Below, piece after piece: positions 9,758 to 19,000 of a stretch of DNA of 64,000 nucleotides (its first letter is position 1; each line of letters opens with the position of its first letter). Source of the stretch: Polyangiales bacterium. Lineage in GTDB: Bacteria; Myxococcota_A; Polyangia; Polyangiales; Ga0077539. The stretch lies in the NCBI GenBank assembly GCA_044229975.1, contig JBGARZ010000005.1:192001-256000 (forward strand), in the 5' to 3' direction. A program made the translations under genes and the position numbers. The notes under the pieces were generated by a model. The model made no database searches. It was not told where the DNA came from and saw only the letters and a program-made list of their open reading frames with translations.

Positions 9758-11652
9758 GGTCCCAATGACACCGTCACCTGTCCGCCATTCCCCACCGTGA
9801 CGCGCGCGGGCTCGGTGCCCAGCACGTTGACCAGCTCGGTTCCTTCCGGCTGGCTCACCGTCATCGCGTTGCCGCCCGTGCGCGTCGTGCTCGTCTCCGC
9901 CGTCTCACCCTTCGCGTGAATCACCACCAGCGCGTAGTTGGCCCCGTCCACGCGCTCGTACGCCATCATCCCGGCGTCCTGCTCCGCGCCCGTGTGGGCC
10001 GTGGTCCAGCGCACCGACATGCCGCCGCGGCGCAGCGCGGGGTACGTGCGACGCGCCGCAATGAGCCGACGGATCCACCCGAAGGTGCTCACCGAGCCGT
10101 CGGGGCGGGTCTCGCGCGTGGGGTAGCCGGTGTCCCAGAGGCGCTCGCGGTTGGACGGATCATTGCCACCACGGAAGTCCTGCTCGGTGCCATAATAGAT
10201 GCAGGGGATGCCGTCTTCGGTGAGCAGATACGACAGCGCCGCCAGCATGCGCGGGCGGAAGCGCTCGACGTCCGCGGGGTTGTCGATGTCCACGAGCCCG
10301 CTGGAGCAGTTGGGCCCCACGTTGTTGGGGTTCATTCCATAGAGGAAGCGGGAGACGTCATGGTTGTCCATGAAGTTGACCAGCGCCTGGCGCGGCGCGA
10401 CGCCGATGCCCTCGGGCTGCGGCGCCGCGGAGTAGTTGGCCTGGCGGTCGTTGAGCAGCGCCTCGACGGCGGTGGTGTTGCCCGCCCCACACTGGAAGAT
10501 ATCGTCGAAGACCCGGTACTTCTGTGGGAAGTAGAACACCGAGTCCATCTCGTTGGGGTTGGTGTACGAGCCCACCAGCGCGTCGTCGCCGTCGAAGGCT
10601 TCGCCAAACATGAAGAAGCGCCGCTTGCCCGCGCGCGCGGCCCGCTGGCGGATCTGCGATCCGAAGTACTGCCAGAAGCCGTGCTCGACGTGCTTGAGCG
10701 TGTCGATGCGGAAGCCATCGATGTCGGTGAGCTCGACCCAGCGCCAGTACGCCTCGACCATCGCGAGGCGCACCCGCGGGTCTTCGGTGTTGACGTCCTT
10801 GAGGCCGCCCGGGAAGTCGCCGAGGAGCGTCTGCTCCCCCGGCTCGCCGGGGCCGTGGTCGTAGGAGACGATGCGCCCGCGACGGTGATAGCCGTCGGGC
10901 CTCGCCAGGATCGCTTGCGAGGCGAGGATGTCCGAGCGCGGCGGCGTGCGGAAGATCTCCGGCATGTTGAGGAAGATGACCGGCGCGTCGCCCGCGGGGC
11001 CGAGTGAGGTAAACGCCTGCACCGGGCCGCGGAGGTTGTAGTCGGGGTCGTACTCGGTGACGCGCGAGATGGGGGAGCTGGCGCCGCCGGGGTTCTGGAA
11101 GCCCGACACGGTGCCGCTGCCGCCGAGAAACTCGTCGGGCCGGCCGTTGTTGTTGATGTCGTAGAAGAACATCTGACCCATGTGGTTGGTCACGATGTCG
11201 ACGATGACCTTCATCCCCCGGTCGTGGCAGGCGCGCACGAGGCGCCGCAGCGTGGCGATGTCGCCGAAGTGGGGGTTGGGGAGCGTGAGGTCCGACGCCC
11301 AGTAGCCGTGGTAGCCGTCGAAGCCCGCGTCGGTGTCGACGTTGCGGACGACGGGCGAGATCCAGAGCGTGGTGACGCCGAGGCGCTGGAGGTAGGGGAG
11401 CTGCTGCTCGACGCCGAGCCAGTCGCCGCCCTGGTAGCGGCCGAGCGAGCTGCGGTCGACGCGCACGTCGTTGCCCGTGTCGCCGTTGGCGAAGCGATCG
11501 ACCAGGAGCTGGTAGATGACCTCGTCGCGCCAGTCGTCGACGTGCGTCGCGAGCGGCTGCTGCGTGTAGTCGTCGATCTCGCCGAGGCACGAGGCCCCGC
11601 CGAGGAGGGTGCCGATCAGGCCGACGGTCGCGAAGAGTCCTCGGAGCCTCAC
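9715..11652 (-). CDS. GH13 alpha-amylase family lipoprotein
   Basis: DWRDEVIYQLLVDRF, YHGYW, DIVTNH, GFRIDTLKH (nucleophile D), FGEAF (acid/base E), FMDNHD; lipobox GASC. Confidence 0.93.
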   Translation of the reverse strand: MRLRGLFATVGLIGTLLGGASCLGEIDDYTQQPLATHVDDWRDEVIYQLLVDRFANGDTGNDVRVDRSSLGRYQGGDWLGVEQQLPYLQRLGVTTLWISPVVRNVDTDAGFDGYHGYWASDLTLPNPHFGDIATLRRLVRACHDRGMKVIVDIVTNHMGQMFFYDINNNGRPDEFLGGSGTVSGFQNPGGASSPISRVTEYDPDYNLRGPVQAFTSLGPAGDAPVIFLNMPEIFRTPPRSDILASQAILARPDGYHRRGRIVSYDHGPGEPGEQTLLGDFPGGLKDVNTEDPRVRLAMVEAYWRWVELTDIDGFRIDTLKHVEHGFWQYFGSQIRQRAARAGKRRFFMFGEAFDGDDALVGSYTNPNEMDSVFYFPQKYRVFDDIFQCGAGNTTAVEALLNDRQANYSAAPQPEGIGVAPRQALVNFMDNHDVSRFLYGMNPNNVGPNCSSGLVDIDNPADVERFRPRMLAALSYLLTEDGIPCIYYGTEQDFRGGNDPSNRERLWDTGYPTRETRPDGSVSTFGWIRRLIAARRTYPALRRGGMSVRWTTAHTGAEQDAGMMAYERVDGANYALVVIHAKGETAETSTTRTGGNAMTVSQPEGTELVNVLGTEPARVTVGNGGQVTVSLGPWQSAVFVPRSQVR

Positions 11653-11730
11653 GCGGCCGAACGTAACCCGCGGGGGGAGAGCGGGGGAAGCTTCAGGAAG
11701 GGAGCGTGGCGGGGAGGAGTCGGGCCCTGC

Positions 11731-14700
11731 TCAGCGGCAGCCGGCGGCCCAGAGCACGGCGTTGGTGTAGAGCCGCGTCGTATTGGGGTCGGTGGTCCAG
11801 AGGATGCCGGCGCTCCCGCCCTCGCTGTACTGGGTCGCGATCGCGATCTGCACGACGCGGCCGTTGGGGCTCGCGCGCACTGCCACGCCGATGCCGCCTG
11901 CCTCGGCGCTCGTGGCGATGGTCGAACCGCCGTTGACCAGCGAGCCCGAGATGTTGCTCCCCACCGCGACGGCGGTCGCGAACGAGGCCGGGAGGCCCGC
12001 CCAGATCGGGTGCGACACCGTGTTGGTGAACGAGAGCGTCGCGATGGTGCCGCTCGCCCGCGTGAAGAGCATCAGCGGATCGAGCGTCACCCAACGTCCG
12101 CCCTGGCGGTGGTTGGCGGCCCACTCGCTCAGCACCACGCCGCGCCCCGCCGCCTGCGCGGCCACGATCGCGGCCTGACCGGCCGTGGGCATGTCGACCG
12201 CGTAGCGGTTGCCCACCACCGGGACGATGACGCCGAAGCCGGTCGCCGCGGGCGTGCCCGTGTACGTGACGACGCCGTTGTCGATCAGCGTCGGGTTGAG
12301 CCCCGCCGCGCGGAGCGCCGTCACCATCTCGGCGTCGCGCGCCGACTGGTCCGACCCCAGCACCAGCACGGTGTTGTTGCAGCCCAGGCAGACGCCCGCG
12401 CTGCACGAGCCCGCGCAGACCGCCCCGCACACGCCGCAGTTGGAGTTGCTCGTGCGGGTGTCGACCTCGCAGCCGTTGGACGCGACGCCGTCGCAGTCCG
12501 CGAAGCCCACGTTGCACGTGAACCCGCAGCGCCCGGCGGCGCAGGTCGCCACCGACGCGTTGGCCGGAACCGGGCACACCGTCCCGCACGCCCCGCAGCG
12601 AGCCGGGTTGGTCGCGATGTTGGCCTCGCAGCCGTTGGACGCGACGCCGTCGCAGTCCGCCAGCCCCGAGTCGCAGGTCGACTGGCAGGCGCTCGACACG
12701 CAGCTCGCGGTCGCCCCGGTGCGGGCCGGGCACACCGTCCCGCAGGCGCCGCAGTTGGACACGTCGTTGGACGTGTTGGCGCAGCTCCCGCCGCAGGTCA
12801 CCAGCGGCGCGAGGCAGCTCACCTGGCAGGTTCCGCCCGAGCAGACCTGGCCCGAGGCGCACGCGCGCGAGCACATCCCGCAGTGCGCCCGGTCGGTCTG
12901 CAGGTCGCGGCACGCGCCCGAGCACACCGTCTGCCCCGTCACGCACGACAGGGTGCACGTCCCCGCCGCGCAGATCTCCCCGGCCCCACACGCCCGCGCG
13001 CAGGCCCCGCAGTTGTTGCGGTCGCTCTGCAGGTCGCGGCACGACCCGCTGCACGCGTTGAGACCCGCCGCGCACGACAGGGTGCAGGTGCCCGCCACGC
13101 AGATCTCACCCGCGCCGCACGCCCGCGCGCACGCTCCGCAGTTGGCCCGATCGGTCTGCAGGTCGCGGCACGACCCGCCGCACGCGTTGAGCCCCGTCGC
13201 GCACGACAGGGTGCAGGTGCCCGCCACGCAGATCTCGCCCGCGCCGCAGGCGCGCGAGCACACGCCGCAGTGGGCGCGGTCGGTCTGCAGGTCGCGGCAC
13301 GCGCCCGAGCACTCCGCGAGGCCCGCGGCGCAGGAGGTCACGCACGACCCGCCGAGGCACACCTGGCCGCCCAGGCACACGCGTCCGCAGGCGCCGCAGT
13401 GGGCGCGGTCGGTCTGCAGATCACGGCAGATGCCGTCGCAGTTGGTCTGCAGCGGGTTGCAGGTGACCACGCACCCGCCGGCCGAGCAGATCTGGCCCGA
13501 CGGGCACATGCGCCCGCACATCCCGCAGTGGGCGCGGTCGGTCTGCAGGTCACGGCAGACGCCCGAGCAGTTGGCGAGGCCACCGCCGCACGAGAGCGTA
13601 CACGCCCCGGCCGTGCACACCTCGCCGGCGGCGCAGGCGCGGCCGCACATCCCGCAGTTGGCGGTGTCGGTCTGGAGGTCGCGGCAGACGCCCGAGCAGT
13701 TGTTGGTGCCCGCGCCGCAGCTCACCTGGCAGGCGCCCGCCGAGCACACCTGGCCGCTCGCGCAGACGCGGCCGCACATCCCGCAGTTGGCGAGGTCGGT
13801 CTGGAGGTCACGGCAGACGCCTTCGCAGTTGGCGAGGCCGGTGCCGCACGACACCTCGCAGATGCTCCGCGAGCAGACCCGGCCAGCGGCGCAGGGCATC
13901 GCGCACCCGCCGCAGTTGGCCCGGTCGGTCTCGAGGTCGCGGCAGGCGCCGTCGCAGTTGGTGGTCCCCGCCGCACAGCTCACGCGGCACACGCCGCCGG
14001 AGCAGAGCTGACCCGCGGCGCACGACGTCCCGCACGCGCCGCAGTGGTTGGAGTCGGTCTGCAGGTCACGGCACGCGCCGCCGCAGGTCACCTGGCCCCC
14101 GCCGCAGGAGAGCTCGCAGCTCCCCATGGCGCAGACCTGGCCCGACGCGCAGGCCGTCCCGCACGCGCCACAGTTGGCGCGGTCGCTCTGGAGGTCGCGG
14201 CAGGTGCCGTCGCAGTTGGTGGTCCCGGCGGTGCAGGTCACGCGGCACATCCCGCCGGAGCAGAGCTGACCCGCCGGGCACGCCGTCCCGCACGCGCCGC
14301 AGTTGGCGTTGTCGGTGTCGGTGTCGCGGCAGCTCCCGCCGCAGCTCGTGAGCCCGGCGACGCAGCTCACCTGGCACGAGCCCATGGAGCACACCTGGCC
14401 CGTCGCGCACGCCGTCCCGCACGCGCCACAGTTGGCGCGGTCGGTCTGCAGGTCGCGGCACACGCCGCCGCAGGTCGTCTGGCCGGAGAGGCAGCTCACC
14501 ACGCAGAGCCCGCCCTCGCAGACGTTGCCCGAGGGGCACGCCGTCCCGCACGCGCCGCAGTTGAGGCGGTCGGTCTGAAGGTCGGCGCAGAAGGCCCCCG
14601 CGCCCGCGTCGGCGCCAGCGTCACTCGCGCCGCCGCAGCGAGCGAGGCGCGCCCCGCACTCCACGCCGCACTGGCCCTCGGCGCACACCAGGCCGGCCGC

Positions 14701-15045
14701 GCAGGACGCCCCGCAGGCGCCGCAGTTGGCGCGGTCGGTGCGGATCGTCACGCACTGGCCGCCGCAGTTCTGCTGGCCGGTCGGGCACGCCACCGCGCAG
14801 GCCCCGGCGGTGCACACCTGGCCGCCCGGACAGCGGGTGCCGCAGGCGCCGCAGTGGTCGCGGTCGGTCTGGAGGTCGACGCACTGGCCGCTGCACGCGG
14901 CCTGCGGCGCGGTGCACTGCGGGCCGATGTCGGTGGTCGCATCGATGCCGGCGTCGCCGCCACCGCCGACCACGGGACTGCCGGGACTACAGCTCTGTAT
15001 CGCGAGCGCGACCGCCAACAGGACCCAAACGCTGACCACTCTCAT
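11731..15045 (-). CDS. Cys-rich repeat surface lipoprotein (19 DLQTDxxNCGxCG-type units) with C-terminal globular domain
   Basis: Signal peptide ending IQSC. I count 19 repeats of about 39 aa. The last ~190 aa are nearly Cys-free (VLVLG..HPIWAGLP..GRVVQI..LYTNAVLWAA), resembling a class-I GATase/ThuA-like fold. Confidence 0.88.
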   Translation of the reverse strand: MRVVSVWVLLAVALAIQSCSPGSPVVGGGGDAGIDATTDIGPQCTAPQAACSGQCVDLQTDRDHCGACGTRCPGGQVCTAGACAVACPTGQQNCGGQCVTIRTDRANCGACGASCAAGLVCAEGQCGVECGARLARCGGASDAGADAGAGAFCADLQTDRLNCGACGTACPSGNVCEGGLCVVSCLSGQTTCGGVCRDLQTDRANCGACGTACATGQVCSMGSCQVSCVAGLTSCGGSCRDTDTDNANCGACGTACPAGQLCSGGMCRVTCTAGTTNCDGTCRDLQSDRANCGACGTACASGQVCAMGSCELSCGGGQVTCGGACRDLQTDSNHCGACGTSCAAGQLCSGGVCRVSCAAGTTNCDGACRDLETDRANCGGCAMPCAAGRVCSRSICEVSCGTGLANCEGVCRDLQTDLANCGMCGRVCASGQVCSAGACQVSCGAGTNNCSGVCRDLQTDTANCGMCGRACAAGEVCTAGACTLSCGGGLANCSGVCRDLQTDRAHCGMCGRMCPSGQICSAGGCVVTCNPLQTNCDGICRDLQTDRAHCGACGRVCLGGQVCLGGSCVTSCAAGLAECSGACRDLQTDRAHCGVCSRACGAGEICVAGTCTLSCATGLNACGGSCRDLQTDRANCGACARACGAGEICVAGTCTLSCAAGLNACSGSCRDLQSDRNNCGACARACGAGEICAAGTCTLSCVTGQTVCSGACRDLQTDRAHCGMCSRACASGQVCSGGTCQVSCLAPLVTCGGSCANTSNDVSNCGACGTVCPARTGATASCVSSACQSTCDSGLADCDGVASNGCEANIATNPARCGACGTVCPVPANASVATCAAGRCGFTCNVGFADCDGVASNGCEVDTRTSNSNCGVCGAVCAGSCSAGVCLGCNNTVLVLGSDQSARDAEMVTALRAAGLNPTLIDNGVVTYTGTPAATGFGVIVPVVGNRYAVDMPTAGQAAIVAAQAAGRGVVLSEWAANHRQGGRWVTLDPLMLFTRASGTIATLSFTNTVSHPIWAGLPASFATAVAVGSNISGSLVNGGSTIATSAEAGGIGVAVRASPNGRVVQIAIATQYSEGGSAGILWTTDPNTTRLYTNAVLWAAGCR

Positions 15046-15168
15046 GTCACGGACCTTTCTCTGCTTCAGGGACGAAGGGCGGGACGCACGACGCGCCGCC
15101 CGCGCGCCTCGTTGATACCTGAATCGAGCGGCCTCCGTGGGCCTTGCCGCGGATCGACGCGGAAGCGC

Positions 15169-15582
15169 TCAGCGAGGCGCGGCGCCGTAGCGTTCGACGA
15201 TCTCCTGCGCGAGGCGACGCAGCAACGCGCCTCCGTGGCTGCTCACGTGAAGCTCCAGGCCGGGGATGAGCACGACGCGCTCCCATGCCTCTCCCGCGAA
15301 GCCTGCGACGAGTGTTGCGGTGGCCGCGGGGACGACCGGCGCGGGGACCTCGGCCGCCAGCCGCTGCCGGATCTTCCCCAGTGAGAGGTGTTGATCGCGC
15401 AGCTTCACGATGGCCAGGAGGCGATCGCGGTGCCCCGCCGGGTAGCGTGTCGCGGGGCCGCGTCGCTCGGGCGGGGCGATGACACCGGCGTGCGTCCAGC
15501 GACGCAGGGTGCGGCGGGAGACACCGGTCCCCTTCACGAGTTCGTCGAAGCTGAGCGTCGGCAGCAGGGCAGCGGCGGTCAT
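15169..15582 (-). CDS. MerR-type HTH DNA-binding protein
   Basis: LSFDELVKGTGVSRRTLRRW..AGVIAPP..G..TRY..HRDRL..I..LR...LSL..IR, with C-terminal WERVVLIPGLELHV. Confidence 0.85.
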   Translation of the reverse strand: MTAAALLPTLSFDELVKGTGVSRRTLRRWTHAGVIAPPERRGPATRYPAGHRDRLLAIVKLRDQHLSLGKIRQRLAAEVPAPVVPAATATLVAGFAGEAWERVVLIPGLELHVSSHGGALLRRLAQEIVERYGAAPR

Positions 15583-15597
15583 CGCGCGATGTCACCC

Positions 15598-15830
15598 GAG
15601 GAGGCGATCGAGGTCAACCCGAGGGCATCGCGAGGTCGAACGAGAGCCTATCGAGGATCACCGAACAGATCCCACGGTCTTTCGAGAGCCTATCGAGGCT
15701 GACCGGGAGGATTCTGAAGTCGTATTGGGAGGCAATCGAGGTCATCAACTCGGTTCGTGAAGTCAAAACCGACCCTATTCAGGTCACTATTGGACTTCCG
15801 ATGGTCGTCCGGGAGCTCATCGAGGTCACC
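15598..15830. repeat. Degenerate 21/42-bp periodic array
   Basis: ATCGAGG at 15607, 15650, 15692, 15735 and 15819, plus variant ATTCAGG at 15777 (spacings 43, 42, 43, 42, 42). Intervening half-units keep GGTC/AGTC. Confidence 0.8.
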
Positions 15831-16079
15831 GCTGCTGCTGGCGCCGAGTGCCTTCCACGACCGCGCGGCCGCGACCGGGGAGTGGACGCACGTCGGCCCG
15901 CCACAGGCGGCGGCCGGCGTGGGTGGCGGGTTGCGCACCCCGCGACCGCGCCGATCGGCACCGCGGCGACGGGCGCGTAGCAGTGGACCTGCGGCTCTCC
16001 ATTGACCGGGGAGCTGGAGGGACCAGCGACCCGGCGGCCATGACACCTCTCCTCAAAGAACACCGCCGACGGCGCCGGC

Positions 16080-19000
16080 TCACCGCAACGCCACGCGCGC
16101 CGCCAACAACACCAGCGCGACCACCGCCACCACCACCGCGACCGTCCGCCACCGCGCAAGGTTCCTCGCCCGCTTGAGCGCCGCGGCCGACCCCGTCATC
16201 GCCGCGCGCACCCCCGGAAACCCCGCGCCCTCCGCCCGCGCCAGCAGCAACGCCACGTCGCCCTCCGCCCCGCGCGCCAGCAGCGCCACGGCCTGCGCCT
16301 CGAAGCGTCGCCCGAGCTCGTCCGCCAGCGTCGTCCCGTCGGCGTCGTCGGGCGCCGCCGCGTACAGCTCCTTCAGCAGGTCGATCGCGCGACCGTCGAG
16401 CCCGCGTTGCAGCGCCGTGCGCGCGTCTTCGGCCAGCGCCCACGAGGCCCGCTTGTTGAGCCGTCGACCCGCCACCCGCTCGGCCTGCACCAGCCGCGCG
16501 ACCGCGTCGGGCCAGCGCACCGCCACGCCTCTCTCAGCCAACCGCTGCGCCTCGTAGAGCTCGCCGCGCTCGGCCATCGCCAGCACCGCACCACCGAGCG
16601 CCGTCGCCGCGTCGCGGGCGCCCGCATGACCAGGGTCTTCCGCCGCGAGCGCGACCAGCCGATCGATGGCCGCGTCGAGTGAGTCCGTCGCAATCAACGA
16701 CCTCACCGCCTCCACCGCCGCATCCGTGGCGACGTCCAGCGGCGAGCGCTCGGCCCACACCTGCCGCCGCGCGCCATGAACCCACAGCACATACGCCTGG
16801 TCGGCCACCCGCACCTGCAAGCGCCACGCGGGGTAGCGCCACACCACCACCTGCTGCCGCGTCACCCGCTGCCCTGGCGCCGCGCGCGCCGTCTCCGCCG
16901 TCAGCAGGTCGGCCAGCGCCGCGCCGAGGTGGTCGTGCGGGAGCTCGCGCGCCAACGCCGCCGGATCGATGGCGTCGGCCTCGACATGCACCACCGCCGT
17001 CGCCTCGCTACCGGATACACCGACCTCGGCCACGAGCGCGTCGGGCAGACCCACCGTCACCGCGGCGCGGGCCCGCACGCCGAGCACCGACTGAAGCACC
17101 CACGGCCGCGTCTCCGCCTCACCGGTCGCCGCGCAGGTCGGGCACGGCGTCTGGCCTGCGCCCTCGCACGCGCGACACGCGACGCGGCCGAGGGTGCAGC
17201 CGCCGCACGACACGTCGCCGCGGCCCTCGCACTGCTGACAGCGACGACTGCCGCCGCCGGGCGCGAGCACCTCGCCGTTGCCGCCACAACGACCGCAGCG
17301 TGCGCGGCCGTAGCCGCTGCACCGCGAGCAGACGAGGGTTCCGACCGCGTCGCAGGAGGGGCAGCGGAGGTGACCGGCGCGCGGGCCGTCGACGCAGCGG
17401 GGGCAGGGGCCGCGACGCGGAGCGAGGGCGAGCGGGGCGTCGGTGGAGAGGCGGTCCCAGGTGTCGACGGCGCCGAGTTCGAGCAGCCACGGATCGACCG
17501 CGTCGTCGCCCTCGCCCAGCGCCTCGGCGCCCACCGCCACGGCGTCCGTGTCCTCGCCTTCGCCGACGACCCGGCGCTCCACGGTGCGCGTCTCCAGCCG
17601 TGTCGCGACGTGCGCCTCGAAGGCCGGAACCATCGTCACCGCGTCGACCACCATCGCCGCGCCGAGCTCCGCCAGCGGGTGCCCCCGGCGCGCGCGCGAC
17701 CACCCGTTGACGGCGTCGCGCAGCACCGCGAGCGCCACGTCGTCGACGCCCTCGTAGGCCACCGCGAGGCGGTCGTACGCGACCTCGTGGCGGTCGAGCG
17801 AGAGCAGCTCCTCGCCGATGCCGTCGTCGGTCCCCTCGGCCGTCGGGTCTTCGGTGAAGCCCTCGTCCACCGCGGGTTCGTCCGCCGCGGGAGCCTTCGA
17901 CGAGGAGCCCTCCAGCCCGACGCGCCGCGCCTCTTCGCGTCGCTCGCGCTCGGCCCTCGACAGCGCGTCGATCTCGGCTTCCGCTCTCGCCTGCGCGGCG
18001 CTCCACTCCGCGGCGACCCGTGCGTCCCTCGCCTCTGCCGCCAGCCGCGCGGCCTCTTCCGAGGCGCGCTCGGCCTCGGCCCGTTGCGTCTCGCCCTCGG
18101 CCAGCGACAGCGCCAGCCGCGCCGCCTCGTCCGCCGTCCGCAGCGCGTCCGCGCGCAGCGACTCCTCCCGCGCCATCAGCTCATCGAGCGTCGCCGTCAG
18201 GTCGATGCGCGCCCTCTCGCGTCGCGCGATCTCCGCCGCCGCCCGCTCGGCCGCGCGCTGCACCTCGGCCGCCGCCGCCCGCTCCGCCGCCCGCAGCGCC
18301 GCCTCGCGCAGCTCGGCTTCCGACCGCGCCAGGGCGCCCTGCGTCTCCTCCTCGGCCGCCTTGCGCGCCGCGGCCCGCCAGCGCGCCTCCAGCTCCGACG
18401 CGTCGACGATGGGGGTCGCCTCGGAGGTCGTTCGCTCTGTCGACAGGGACAGCTCGGCCAGCGCGCGAGCGTGCTCCGCCTCGGCCAGCGCGCGCTCGGC
18501 CTGCATCTGCGCGAGCGCCTGCTCGTGGGTGCGCCGCGCGGCGTCCCGCTCCGACTTGATGCGCGCGATCTCGCGGTCGACCTCGCGTCGCAGCGCATCG
18601 CGGGCCGCCTGCGTGCGCGCCGCCTCGCGCTCGGACTCCACCCGCGACGCCTCTTGCGCGAGCTGCGATCGGGCCGCCTCGCGCTTCGCCGCGATGCGCT
18701 CGCCCTCCTCCACCATCGCCCGCTGCCGCGCCCGGCGCTCGGCCCGCGCCGACTCCTCCGCCAGCGTCTCCGCCAGCGGCGCCGACGGAACCGGCCGCCC
18801 CGTCGCCAGCAGCGCCTCGCGCACCGCCTCGCGCGCGACCGACTCTCCCGCGGCCGCGAGCACCCCGAGCGACGAGGCGTGCCGCGCCGCCCAGAGCAGC
18901 GCCGTCCCCTGCGCCAGCGGATCACCCGGCGCGTCGAGCAGCTCCGACCACACGGCCGGGTCGTTGTGCTCGGCGTCGATGCCGACGAAGCCCACCAGCG

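Noticed and set aside
11182..15384. 1400-aa plus-strand ORF, and similar long ORFs at 16776-20240, 27951-30905 and 45913-48498
   Set aside because: These are antisense shadows of well-supported minus-strand genes, with Arg/Ala/Gly-rich motif-free translations typical of high-GC DNA.
15598..15830. CRISPR array
   Set aside because: The repeats are short, degenerate and non-palindromic, the would-be spacers share the same phased motif, and no cas gene is in the window.
15826..16041. 71-aa minus-strand ORF with GAGGAG SD
   Set aside because: Arg-rich with no motif, and codon bias seems to shift between frames, so a gene cannot be supported.
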